Shown: piece after piece, positions 17,116-26,833 of the stretch
How the letters are laid out: every line of letters starts with the position of its first letter
Position numbering within the stretch: the first letter of the stretch is position 1
Assembly (NCBI GenBank): GCA_043822705.1
Contig: JBDRBK010000100.1
Span: 1 to 36,554 of the forward strand
Length of the DNA stretch: 36,554 nucleotides
DNA from: Fidelibacterota bacterium
GTDB lineage: Bacteria; Fidelibacterota; Marinisomatia; Marinisomatales; TCS56
Direction of reading: 5' to 3'
Position numbers and translations under genes: made by a program
Notes under the pieces: generated by a model
The model's database searches: none
Told to the model about the DNA's origin: nothing
What the model saw: only the letters and a program-made list of their open reading frames with translations

Positions 17116-18909
17116 TCAGTAAAAAGGCCAGAAAACCGGGATCAGGAAGGTCGCCAGCAGCCAGAAAATCAGATTCAGCGGTGCGCCGGCCCGGATGTAG
17201 TCGCTGAAACGGTAATTTCCGGGACCGAAAACCATCAGGTTTGAATTATAGCCCATGGGACTCATAAAGCTGGCCGAGGCAGCGAAACAGATCGTGAAGA
17301 CGAACGGCCGGGGATCGACGCCCAGGCCGGTGGCGATCGCGATCGCGATTGGCGTCAAAACGATCGCAGCGGAATTGTTGGACATGATTTCCGTCAACAG
17401 ACTGGTCGCCAGGTAGGTGATCGACAGCAGGGCGTAAGGGGCCAATCGATCCGGGAAGAACGCCCCCAGGCGGGCGATTAAATTACCCAGCAGGGCGGCG
17501 CCGCCGGTATTCTGCAGGGCGATCCCCACCGGGATGAATGCGGCGATAAATATGATCACCGACCAGTCGATTGCGCCATAGAGTTCCTGGACTGACAGGC
17601 TACGCAACAACAGCAGTAACACCACCCCGGCTAATGCGGCGGTCAGGATATCGACTCGTCCGCTGGCGGCGGACAACATGACTACCGGGATCACCGCCAC
17701 CGCCAGCCACCAGAAACGAACCTTGTGCAATTGCACGGTGTGAGTCTGGAGCAGCAGCAGGTCCGTCGACTGGTTCAGCTTGTCCACCTGCGCTTGCGGC
17801 ACGAAAATCAGCAGCGTATCGGCGAATTTCAGCGTGATCTGGGCGATCCGCTCCCGCAGCACCCGTCCTTCGCGGTTGATCGCCAGAACGAAAGCGCCGA
17901 ATTTTTTCCGGAAATCCAGTGATTTCAGATTCTCCCCTATCAGCGCTGAACCCTGCGGTACCAGCCCTTCCACGATGACCGTCTCCTGTCCGGTCAATTC
18001 TTCCTGATTCATTTTGATATCGGTCAGCATCAGGGCCTTTTCCTGTTCGCGGAAGCGGGCGAAATTTTCCAGGATGCCGCGCGCCAGCAGGATATCGCCG
18101 GATTTCAACGGGAGCGAGCGCAGATTGGCCACCAGCCGTTTTCCGGAACGGATGATTGCCAGAATCGTGATATCATATTTTTCGCTGATGCCTTCTTCCA
18201 GGATCGTGCGGCCGATCAATGGCGATTTGGGCGCCAGTTTGAATTCGGTCAGATAGGGTGACAACCGGTATTTGTGGGTCAGGGAAGAAATGCCCGCCCG
18301 TGGTTTCAGCAGGCGTGGCAGGATGAAGATATTGTAGAGCGTACCGACCGTCATGAAAATCAGTCCTAAGCGGGTAAATTCGAACATACCCAGCGCCCTG
18401 ATGTCATATTCACCGATGATTGCACTGACCAGCAGGTTGGTGGAGGTACCGATCAGGGTCAGGGTGCCGCCGAATATGGCGGCATAACTCAGCGGCAGCA
18501 ACACTTTGGAGGGACTGATTTTCAGGCGCTGGCACAATTGCAGCGCCAGTGGAATCGAGATCGCCACGGCGGCGGTATTGTTGATAAAGCCCGATACCAG
18601 ACTGATGGTTAGCAAAAACAACCCGATCGTCAACCGGCGTCGTTCGCCGGCCCGGCGCGAAAAACGATCGACCAGTGTTTCCAGGAAACCGGTCTTCACC
18701 AGCGCCCGGCTCAGGACGAACATGGCCGCCACCGTCAGGACTGCCCGATTGCTGAAGCCGGAGATCGCTTCGTCTACGGTGACGTAACCGGTCAGCAGCA
18801 GTACGGTCATCAGCGTCAGAGCGACTGCATCGACCGGGAATACTTCCAGCACCAGCAGGGTCAGGGCGGTGCCGATCAACAGCAACAGCAGTATGATTTC
18901 GATAGACAT
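17116..18909 (-). CDS. SLC13/DASS family permease with two TrkA-C domains
   Basis: SGFINNTAAV, GGTLTLIGTSTNL, central soluble TrkA-C repeats, TEIMSNNSAA, ASASFMSPMGY..NLMV.GPGNY.F.DY. Start taken at MSIEII (18909). Confidence 0.92.
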   Translation of the reverse strand: MSIEIILLLLLIGTALTLLVLEVFPVDAVALTLMTVLLLTGYVTVDEAISGFSNRAVLTVAAMFVLSRALVKTGFLETLVDRFSRRAGERRRLTIGLFLLTISLVSGFINNTAAVAISIPLALQLCQRLKISPSKVLLPLSYAAIFGGTLTLIGTSTNLLVSAIIGEYDIRALGMFEFTRLGLIFMTVGTLYNIFILPRLLKPRAGISSLTHKYRLSPYLTEFKLAPKSPLIGRTILEEGISEKYDITILAIIRSGKRLVANLRSLPLKSGDILLARGILENFARFREQEKALMLTDIKMNQEELTGQETVIVEGLVPQGSALIGENLKSLDFRKKFGAFVLAINREGRVLRERIAQITLKFADTLLIFVPQAQVDKLNQSTDLLLLQTHTVQLHKVRFWWLAVAVIPVVMLSAASGRVDILTAALAGVVLLLLLRSLSVQELYGAIDWSVIIFIAAFIPVGIALQNTGGAALLGNLIARLGAFFPDRLAPYALLSITYLATSLLTEIMSNNSAAIVLTPIAIAIATGLGVDPRPFVFTICFAASASFMSPMGYNSNLMVFGPGNYRFSDYIRAGAPLNLIFWLLATFLIPVFWPFY

Positions 18910-19048
18910 TCCAATCGATTCGCAACTGGGGGACGTTACCGGAAAATACATCAATGCCGTCAGAGAATCATATCAATTCCGAAAAAAATATTTTTATTAA
19001 TTGATTTGGCATATATGCCGTAACTTTGCGCCGGAGAGTATCGGCAGT

Positions 19049-19261
19049 ATGAATAAAAAACTACAATTTAGCAATCCATTCCGGTTCTACCGGAACCTCT
19101 GGTACCTGGTGGGCGAACAGCCGGCCTGGAGTCAATTGATCTGGAAAATTCTGCTGGTATTCGTGCCGATCTTTATCCTGGCGGACCTGCTGCTGGTTAT
19201 CTATGTGATCGTGCTGGTATTTATGCGGATCGGCGGGGTTACGCCCCCCAGTTTCTGGTAG
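19049..19261 (+). CDS. Small hypothetical membrane protein (~70 aa)
   Basis: ATG at 19049 with GGAG upstream, one long hydrophobic segment; fills the gap between the flanking genes. Confidence 0.6.
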   Translation: MNKKLQFSNPFRFYRNLWYLVGEQPAWSQLIWKILLVFVPIFILADLLLVIYVIVLVFMRIGGVTPPSFW

Positions 19262-19280
19262 GCTGCGCCGCCGGTTCCGG

Positions 19281-20855
19281 TCAGATGATAATTTCCACCC
19301 GGTATTTTTTTTCCAGTTCTTCGGGCAGCCTGGTTCGGTCGCATTGTACCGCCCAGGGTAAGCAGTCCATTATATCGCTGGCGGTGATACCGTCTTCCCC
19401 GTGATCCCAAGCCGCCAGATCGCCGGCCAGACCGTGGATGAAGACACCTTTCCGGACAGCCTCGATCAGCGGTAAACCAAGTCCGTACATGGCGGCGATA
19501 GCCCCGGTCAAGACATCGCCCGCGCCGGCGCTGGCCATCCCCGAGTTACCGCTCAAATTAATGGATACTTTCCCGTCGGGCAGGCCGATCAGCGTGTGGG
19601 CACCTTTATGAACAATAATCGAATTCAGTTTTTGCGCCGTTTCCTGGACGATGGCGATCGGGGCGCTGGCCATTGCCGTCGGTGTTTGACCGGTCAGGCG
19701 CGCCAGTTCCCCCGTATGCGGTGTCAGGATCGTTGGCTGGCCGCGATCGCGTAACAATTGCGGGTAGGCGGCGACCGCGGTGATGCCGTCGCCATCGATC
19801 AGCAGCGGTCGCTCGATCCGGGGCACCAGCGCCTGAACCAGCGCTTGTGTCTCCTGGTCCAGCGACAGGCCCGGCCCCAAAACCACCAGGTCGACCTGCG
19901 CGGCCAGTTCAATCAGTCCGTCCAGATTGCTCAGAGACAGGCTGCCGGCGGCGGTTTCCAGTTGGGGATGGAATACGATTTCACTGCCGCCGGCGGCCAG
20001 CGCGGGGACGATCGAGCGCGGCGCCGCCAGCCGGGAATAGCCACCCCCGGCTTTCAGGAACGAACGGGCGGAATAATAGGGGGCACCCAGATAATTAGTC
20101 GCGCCGGCGATGAAGAGAACGTCACCGAAGCTGCCTTTATGTCCTGCCGGGTCGCGCCGCGGCAGGGGCAGCGTTGTGTTGATTGCGACTTGTAGATCGG
20201 CTTTGGCAGAGAGCTCCGGCGGGAAGGAAATATGGGTCACCGACAATTCACCGCAGTGAGAGAAACCGGGATAGAGCAGATTGCCTGTTTTCGGCAGACC
20301 GAAGGTAACGGTCCAGCCGGCAGTAACGGCGGACCCGAGGATCTGTCCCGTATTGCCATCGATTCCCGATGGTATATCGACCGCCACCACCGGTTTGCCG
20401 CTGGCATTGATCAGATCGATCGCCTCCCGGAATATTCCATCGACCGTGCGGGTCAGTCCGGTGCCGAATATCGCATCGATCACACCATCGCTGTCAGCCA
20501 ATGCAGTTTGCAGTTCGCGACCGGATTTCACTTCTTCGACCGCCACCGGCAAAGCACGCAGAATTTTGAGATTGAGTCCGGCGGCACCCTTATAACTGTC
20601 CGGTTTTCCCAGAATCAGTACCAGCGGTGTCCCGCCCAGGGAATGGATTTTCCGGGCGACCACGAAACCATCGCCACCATTATTGCCCGGTCCGCAGATT
20701 ACAGCGAATTTTTTTTGGCAGATTCCCAGCTCCCGCTCGACAACGGCAGTAACTGCCAATCCGGCATTTTCCATCAATAGTTCTTCGGGAATACCATAAA
20801 CCGCCACGGCCTGCCGGTCCAGGGCCTGCATTTCAGCGACTTGAGCTACTTTCAT
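19281..20855 (-). CDS. nnr: Bifunctional NAD(P)H-hydrate epimerase/dehydratase (YjeF)
   Basis: LMENAG, GPGNNGGDG, DAIFGTG, VDIPSG, HKGSFG, GPGL, LTPHTGE, AGAGDVL. Start moved to MKVAQ (20855). Confidence 0.95.
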   Translation of the reverse strand: MKVAQVAEMQALDRQAVAVYGIPEELLMENAGLAVTAVVERELGICQKKFAVICGPGNNGGDGFVVARKIHSLGGTPLVLILGKPDSYKGAAGLNLKILRALPVAVEEVKSGRELQTALADSDGVIDAIFGTGLTRTVDGIFREAIDLINASGKPVVAVDIPSGIDGNTGQILGSAVTAGWTVTFGLPKTGNLLYPGFSHCGELSVTHISFPPELSAKADLQVAINTTLPLPRRDPAGHKGSFGDVLFIAGATNYLGAPYYSARSFLKAGGGYSRLAAPRSIVPALAAGGSEIVFHPQLETAAGSLSLSNLDGLIELAAQVDLVVLGPGLSLDQETQALVQALVPRIERPLLIDGDGITAVAAYPQLLRDRGQPTILTPHTGELARLTGQTPTAMASAPIAIVQETAQKLNSIIVHKGAHTLIGLPDGKVSINLSGNSGMASAGAGDVLTGAIAAMYGLGLPLIEAVRKGVFIHGLAGDLAAWDHGEDGITASDIMDCLPWAVQCDRTRLPEELEKKYRVEIII

Positions 20856-20868
20856 AATGCTTTTCCCG

Positions 20869-21390
20869 TTAAAATTGGTATTGGTCGGATTCGAAGGCGA
20901 TTTTGTGTATCGCCCGGGCGACCTCATCAGGAGTCTGCTGCACGGTGGATATGAACACATCCGATTGCCGGTAAAGTGTTTCCCGCTCGGCCTGCCACTG
21001 TTTGAGAAAACCGGCGATGTCATCTTCAATCAGGAACAAGTATTTCGATTGCTTGATGCGGTTTACCAGGGTCTCGACCGGCGCCTCCAGCCAGAACAGC
21101 ATTCCGGATGATTTAATCAGGGCCAGGTTATTTTCATTCTTGACGATTCCTTCGGTACAGGCGACCACCTGGTGATTGCCCTGGGCAATTTCCTGCAGCA
21201 GGTTGGATTCCATATCGCGGAAGGCCTGCTCGCCATAAATATCATAAATCTCCCGGATCGTGTTGTTATAGATCGCTTCCACGGTTTCATCCATGTCGAT
21301 GAAACCCCATTCCAGCCGTTCGGCCAGTATTTTCGCTGCCGTGGATTTTCCCACGCCGATCATCCCGATCAGATAAATATTACGCTTCAT
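20869..21390 (-). CDS. aroK: Shikimate kinase (divergent)
   Basis: NIYLIGMIGVGKST P-loop, FIDMD, GEQAFRDME, ER..LY. The GGG and lid motifs are altered. Confidence 0.8.
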   Translation of the reverse strand: MKRNIYLIGMIGVGKSTAAKILAERLEWGFIDMDETVEAIYNNTIREIYDIYGEQAFRDMESNLLQEIAQGNHQVVACTEGIVKNENNLALIKSSGMLFWLEAPVETLVNRIKQSKYLFLIEDDIAGFLKQWQAERETLYRQSDVFISTVQQTPDEVARAIHKIAFESDQYQF

Positions 21391-21560
21391 AGGTTCTCAA
21401 GCGGTTCCTTTTTACCATCTAAATTGATGGATAATTAGCTATTATTCAAGTTTAATTAAATATCCGACCGGATCTTGGCCGGCGATCCTTTTACTTTCAT
21501 GGAAGACTGCCGGATTATATATTCCTGCAATTAATCGCATAACCTGTCCCGGGATAACTA

Positions 21561-24026
21561 ATGAGCAAGCTTAAAAATAAAGCGGATATCAATTTTGATG
21601 ATTTTATCGATGATCTTCCCGATGCATTAATCGAAATCGACCTGACTACCCGCCGGGTTACCGCCATGAATCGGATGGGGCTGATCCTGTTTGGGTATTT
21701 GCGGAAAGATGTAGCCGCGGGAATTCCCACGACGGCCCTGATGCCGCCGGCCGAACATGAGCGGATAGTCAAGAGAATTGAGGCCTTCGCCCTGGAGAGT
21801 GTCAGCACCGGCAAGCCCTACACGCGCACCGGCCGTCACGAACTCTGGGACGTGACAATGCTGAAGAAAAACGGAACAGCCTTCATTGCCGAGACCCAGG
21901 GATCGTTCGTACTGAATGAAAATCAGGTACCTTTCGCCCTGCGGATATTCATTCGGGATGTGACCGGTTTCCGCAGGATGGAGGAATCCCAGCGTCGTCG
22001 GGGTAATATTCTCAGTGCCATCAACTTCGCCACCAGCCGGTTTTTGCATCATTCATCGTGGGACGGTTACCTTGCCGAGGTGCTTAAACGGATCGGTGAA
22101 GCGGCGGAAGTGTGCCGTGTGCATATTTTTGAAAATCATGTCGGTGAAGATGGAAACCTGCGCACCAGCCAGCGTTTCGAATGGGTGAAAGAAGGTACTG
22201 ATTCCCATCTGAATCATCCCCGGTTTCAGAATTTTTCGTTTTCCGAGGTTGGGTTGGAACGCTGGGCGACGTCACTATCTCAGGGTGAATTGATCAGCGG
22301 TCTGATCAGCGAATTGCCGGAGCCGGAACAACGATTTTTTACCGGTCAGGGTATTATTTCGATATTGATCGTACCAATTTTTGTCGATGACCAGTGGTGG
22401 GGGCAGATCGGGTTCGATGAGTGTTCCGGTCCGCGGGTCTGGACCGAATCAACAGTCAATGCTTTACGAACCGCTGCCGATATGATCGGGGCCACCCTGG
22501 GGCGTTACCGGGCCGAAAACGAATTACGTGAAAGCCGCGAGCGTTACCGGTCAATTCTTGAGAGTATCGAGGAAGGCTATTTTGAAATCGACTTGGCTGG
22601 CAACCTGATATTTGTCAATGATTCAATGTGCCGGATGGCCATGGCAAAGCGCGAGCAACTTCTGGGTCTGAATAATCGGGACTATACAACACCGGAAACC
22701 GCCCGTGCTATGTATGAAAAATTCAATTCAATCTATCGTACCGGCCGGACAATGGATATTGTTGATTACGAGATCATCAAATTCAACGGCGAACCGGCGA
22801 TCCTGGAGTTGTCGGTGGGCCTGATCCGGTCTCCCGCCGGTGAGCCCAGCGGATTTCGCGGCGTTGCCCGCGATGTGACCAGCCGCATGCAAGCGGAAAA
22901 GCTGCTGCGCGAGCGGGAAGAGCAATACCATGATTTATACGACAACGCGCCGGATATGTATTTTTCAGTCCGTCCCGATGGCCGGATCATGTCCGTCAAT
23001 CAATTCGGGGCCGAATATCTGGGATATACCAAGGAAGACTTGTTTGACCAGCCGGTCTGGCTGGTGGTTCATCCCGACGATCTGGAAGCTGTACGCGCTC
23101 AGGTTGGCCAGATCGTGGCTGATTTGAACGAGAAGACCGAGTTGGAATTCCGCAAGATTCGCAAGGACGGAACAGTTCTCTACGTACATGAGCGCTGTCA
23201 GTTGATTGTTGATGAAGACCGGCGGCCGGTCGAATTGCGGATCATCTGCCGCGATATCACCGACCGCAGGCGAGCCGAGCAGGAAAGGGAAGCAGCCCTG
23301 GAGAAAGCCCGCCGTGCCGATAAGGTAAAAAATCTTTTCCTGGCGAACATGAGTCATGAAATTCGCACACCACTGAATTCACTGTTGGGTTTTACCGCAA
23401 TTGTCGAAGAACGTTTTCAAGCCCATGCCGGTGAAGAGGAAAAGAATTTTTTCGATATCATACACCGCAGCGGAAAACGCCTGCTGCGCACGGTTCATGA
23501 AATCCTGGATATTTCTCAGATCGAGGCCGGCACGTTTCAGGTTAAACTGGAAAATATCAATCTTTCGCAACTGGTGCAAAACGCCACTAGCGAAGTATCC
23601 GCCGACCTGGTCGATAAGGACGTGATCCTGGACTATCAGACGCCGGCCAACGATGTCTACCTGATCAGCAATGAATACTGTTTGTATCAGTCGCTGCTCA
23701 ATGTTCTGGACAATGCCATCAAGTACACCGAAAAGGGTTTTATCAAGATTGAAGTGGGGCGGACCGACAACCGGATTACGCTTACGGTGGAAGATTCGGG
23801 TATCGGAATCACCGCTGATTATCTGGATAAACTCTTCCAGACTTTTTCACAGGAAAGTGAAGGCTATAACAAGGATTACCAGGGCATTGGTCTGGGCTTG
23901 GCCCTGACCAAGAGATATCTGGATATGATCAGCGCAACGATTAGGATCAATAGCCGGAAAAACGAAGGTACCTGCGTGATAATGAGTTTCCCGACAGTGA
24001 TCGAGCGTGCCGGGCTGCCGGTTTAA
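21561..24026 (+). CDS. Cytoplasmic PAS-GAF-PAS-PAS histidine kinase (orphan)
   Basis: GAF (SILIVPIFV...WWGQIGFDEC), PAS repeats, [29 protein letters not shown]. No TM segment and no adjacent regulator. Confidence 0.93.
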   Translation: MSKLKNKADINFDDFIDDLPDALIEIDLTTRRVTAMNRMGLILFGYLRKDVAAGIPTTALMPPAEHERIVKRIEAFALESVSTGKPYTRTGRHELWDVTMLKKNGTAFIAETQGSFVLNENQVPFALRIFIRDVTGFRRMEESQRRRGNILSAINFATSRFLHHSSWDGYLAEVLKRIGEAAEVCRVHIFENHVGEDGNLRTSQRFEWVKEGTDSHLNHPRFQNFSFSEVGLERWATSLSQGELISGLISELPEPEQRFFTGQGIISILIVPIFVDDQWWGQIGFDECSGPRVWTESTVNALRTAADMIGATLGRYRAENELRESRERYRSILESIEEGYFEIDLAGNLIFVNDSMCRMAMAKREQLLGLNNRDYTTPETARAMYEKFNSIYRTGRTMDIVDYEIIKFNGEPAILELSVGLIRSPAGEPSGFRGVARDVTSRMQAEKLLREREEQYHDLYDNAPDMYFSVRPDGRIMSVNQFGAEYLGYTKEDLFDQPVWLVVHPDDLEAVRAQVGQIVADLNEKTELEFRKIRKDGTVLYVHERCQLIVDEDRRPVELRIICRDITDRRRAEQEREAALEKARRADKVKNLFLANMSHEIRTPLNSLLGFTAIVEERFQAHAGEEEKNFFDIIHRSGKRLLRTVHEILDISQIEAGTFQVKLENINLSQLVQNATSEVSADLVDKDVILDYQTPANDVYLISNEYCLYQSLLNVLDNAIKYTEKGFIKIEVGRTDNRITLTVEDSGIGITADYLDKLFQTFSQESEGYNKDYQGIGLGLALTKRYLDMISATIRINSRKNEGTCVIMSFPTVIERAGLPV

Positions 24027-24646
24027 AGCAGCGGAAATATCAGGAAAACGGCCAGATCCCAAGCGGTGTGACTTACGCAGTTGAGCAGCAACGATCCGGT
24101 TCTGTAGTAGAAGTAACCCCAAAACAGTCCGCAGACCGCCGCCGCCAGCATCAGCACCGGATTGCCGGTACCGAGGTGGATCACGGTATAGAAAAAAACG
24201 CCGGCCAGAAATCCCGCCGGACGTCCCAATCGTATTTGCAACCGATCCTGGATAAATCCCCGCCAGAACAATTCCTCGCCGGGACCGATTATAAACAGCA
24301 TCAGCAGGCCGATCCGTAGTGTGCCGGCGGTACTGCGGTACTGGTAAATCTCGCCGATGTCCGATCCGCTGACCGGCAGCAACCGACGAAGCAGTATATT
24401 ACCGATCGCAAATACCAGATATAACGCCAGGGCGGACAGCAATCCCAAAGCGATCTTGCGGCCAACAGCAGTCGTCAGATCCGATCGTAATGCTTTACGC
24501 CACTCGGAAAAAAAACAGGCTACCAGTGTTATCAAAAGGACGAGATTGGCTGCCATCCACCACCAGAAGTCGAACCCGCCGATCCCGTTTACCAGGAAAA
24601 GCGTGCTAAACAGGACCACGGCCAGCAGACTGATAATGATCGTCAC
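24023..24646 (-). CDS. CPBP family (CAAX/Abi) intramembrane glutamic endopeptidase
   Basis: GEELFWRG, YTVIH, SHTAWD motifs in a multi-TM protein. Confidence 0.9.
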   Translation of the reverse strand: MTIIISLLAVVLFSTLFLVNGIGGFDFWWWMAANLVLLITLVACFFSEWRKALRSDLTTAVGRKIALGLLSALALYLVFAIGNILLRRLLPVSGSDIGEIYQYRSTAGTLRIGLLMLFIIGPGEELFWRGFIQDRLQIRLGRPAGFLAGVFFYTVIHLGTGNPVLMLAAAVCGLFWGYFYYRTGSLLLNCVSHTAWDLAVFLIFPLL

Positions 24647-24661
24647 GCGCTTGATCGGGGA

Positions 24662-25642
24662 TCAGAACGGCAGATAATAATCAATAATCAGAGCGGCCAC
24701 GCCCAATAGCCCGAACTGCAGATTGAACTGAGCGGTGGCGCCGTCCAGGGATAGAAAATCCATCGGCTGGTCGGCAGTCAGGCGTTGCCGTCCCTTGCGA
24801 TTGAGCCCGATCGCCTGCGGCAGGGCCAGCAGCGTAACTAGGAATGTCAGTGGCATGGCCGGACCGAACCAGGGCAGCCGGGTGATTATCAGGAAAACGA
24901 TAATCAGTGCGAAGGGCGAGAACAGCAGCAAGGTATAATAGGTTTCGGAGGCCCGGTCGCCCAGCAGACTGGCCATTGTGCGGATTCCGGTGGCGGAGTC
25001 ACTGCTGATGTCGCGCCAGTTATTGGCATGCAGGATGGCGACGACCAGCAGCGACATCGGAATTGCCCAGAGGGCCGGTACCCAGGAAACACTGCCGGTC
25101 TGGACCGTCCAGGCGCCCAGTGCGCCCAGAATACCAAAATTCAGGAAAACCGCCCAGTCACCGAGGGCAATGAATTTCAGAGGCGCCGGTCCCCAGGTGT
25201 ACAGAATGCCGATGCAGACGCCAATAATTCCGATCCAGAAAATCGCCATACCAACCACGCTGACAATATACAGTCCTATCAGCGATCCGACTGCCAGGAA
25301 CAGCAGGCCGGCGACCTGGGCTTCCCGGGCGCTGATCCAGCCGCGGACTACGCCACCGCTGACGGGGTTAACCTGGCGATCGATACCCTGGCGATAATCG
25401 AATGCATCATTCAGCAGATTACTGCCGGTGTGCAGGATTGCCATTGCCAGGAAGCTCAGCAGAAATAACAACCAATCCGGTTGCGCCGAACCAATGGTAA
25501 TTGCCAGAACAGTGCCGAAAATTACCGACATCGTCGATGCCGGCAGGGCAAACGGGCGCGTGGCTACCAGCCATTTTTTTAAAAAAGCAGGTGCCGGTTC
25601 GCCGGCACTGGCCGGGTTCGGGGCTACATTAATTTTATTCAA
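24662..25642 (-). CDS. menA: UbiA-family prenyltransferase, MenA (DHNA polyprenyltransferase)-like
   Basis: W..ATRP..L, NLLNDAFD..GID, ANNWRD..SD...G..T. Confidence 0.82.
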   Translation of the reverse strand: MNKINVAPNPASAGEPAPAFLKKWLVATRPFALPASTMSVIFGTVLAITIGSAQPDWLLFLLSFLAMAILHTGSNLLNDAFDYRQGIDRQVNPVSGGVVRGWISAREAQVAGLLFLAVGSLIGLYIVSVVGMAIFWIGIIGVCIGILYTWGPAPLKFIALGDWAVFLNFGILGALGAWTVQTGSVSWVPALWAIPMSLLVVAILHANNWRDISSDSATGIRTMASLLGDRASETYYTLLLFSPFALIIVFLIITRLPWFGPAMPLTFLVTLLALPQAIGLNRKGRQRLTADQPMDFLSLDGATAQFNLQFGLLGVAALIIDYYLPF

Positions 25643-25802
25643 CTTACTTTTTCCTCATGCTTACCGATTAAAGTGTCGGACCTGATTCGGCTGATATCGC
25701 CGGGATTGAATTTAATCGAAAACAGTGAATGAAATTTAGTACGGTGAGGATTTTTACTGGCCCGGAAACACGCCGCGGGCGGAAGCTTTGTAGATACTAT
25801 TG

Positions 25803-26429
25803 TTATGCGGGTTCGGTTGCTGTTTTGCGGATTTCGTCCAGTTGTGGTTTGACGTGCTCCTGATAACAATCGGGACATACGCCATGGCTGAATTCAGCAT
25901 CGGAATGACGACTGATATAACTCTCGACCTGCTGCCAGTAATTCTGATCGTCACGGATTTTCTTACAGTAGGAACAGATCGGAATAATTCCCTTGAGGGT
26001 CTTGATATGATCGATGGCTTCCTGCAGCTTTTCCACCCGGTCTTCCAGGGTGGCCTGCAACTCAACAATTCGCAGGCCGACCTTCAGCCGGGCATGCAGT
26101 TCCTCATTGTTGAATGGTTTAGTGATATAGTCGTCGGCGCCGGCGGTCAGGCCGTCCACCAGGTCTTCGCGGGTGATACGGGCTGTCAGCAGGATGACAT
26201 AGGTGGTTCTCAGGCGTTCACTGGCACGGAGCCGGCGGCAGATTTCGTGCCCGTCCATTTCCGGCATCATCCAGTCCAGGATTACCACTTTCGGCGGATA
26301 TTCGACTTGCAGCGCTTCCCAGGCAGCCAGGCCGTTATTGGTCGACACGACTTCGTAACCCCATTTTTTCAGCGTATGTTCCAGCAACATCCGGGAGGTT
26401 ACATCATCCTCGGCTACCAGAATACGCAT
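25803..26429 (-). CDS. Response regulator with coiled coil and C-terminal Cys/His-rich domain
   Basis: [30 protein letters not shown]; tail IPICSYCKKIRD...W...E.Y......FSHGVCPDC. Start at 26429 (TAATG overlap). Confidence 0.92.
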   Translation of the reverse strand: MRILVAEDDVTSRMLLEHTLKKWGYEVVSTNNGLAAWEALQVEYPPKVVILDWMMPEMDGHEICRRLRASERLRTTYVILLTARITREDLVDGLTAGADDYITKPFNNEELHARLKVGLRIVELQATLEDRVEKLQEAIDHIKTLKGIIPICSYCKKIRDDQNYWQQVESYISRHSDAEFSHGVCPDCYQEHVKPQLDEIRKTATEPA

Positions 26430-26833
26430 TATTCGGACTGCTCCAGTAAGTCCAGTTTTTGCAACTCCAGTTTCAGCCGCCGACCGCTGATCGGCTTGAC
26501 CAGGTAGCCATGGCACTGATTATGCATCGCCTGGAGAACAAAATCGCGGTCGGATAAAGCCGTAGTCATCAGCACTTTGGTCCTGCGCGCGGGGTCAATC
26601 TTGAGTTCATTCTCCAATTTCCGCAATTCCTGTAATGTTTCCAGCCCGTCCATCACCGGCATCATGATATCGAGGCAGACCAAGTCGTAGGTTTGTCCTT
26701 CGCTGAGCATTTGCTCCAGATTGTCCAGCGCTATCCGGCCATTGATAGCCAGCGTACAATCACCATATGGTGACAGTAAGCGCAGGAGTAATTGCCGATT
26801 GATATGCTCATCGTCTGCAATTAAAAATTTCAT
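26429..26833 (-). CDS. CheY-like single-domain response regulator
   Basis: [26 protein letters not shown]. Confidence 0.92.
   Translation of the reverse strand: MKFLIADDEHINRQLLLRLLSPYGDCTLAINGRIALDNLEQMLSEGQTYDLVCLDIMMPVMDGLETLQELRKLENELKIDPARRTKVLMTTALSDRDFVLQAMHNQCHGYLVKPISGRRLKLELQKLDLLEQSE

Noticed and set aside
19005..19025. sigma54 promoter at TTGGCAT
   Set aside because: There is no TTGC at the required -12 spacing.
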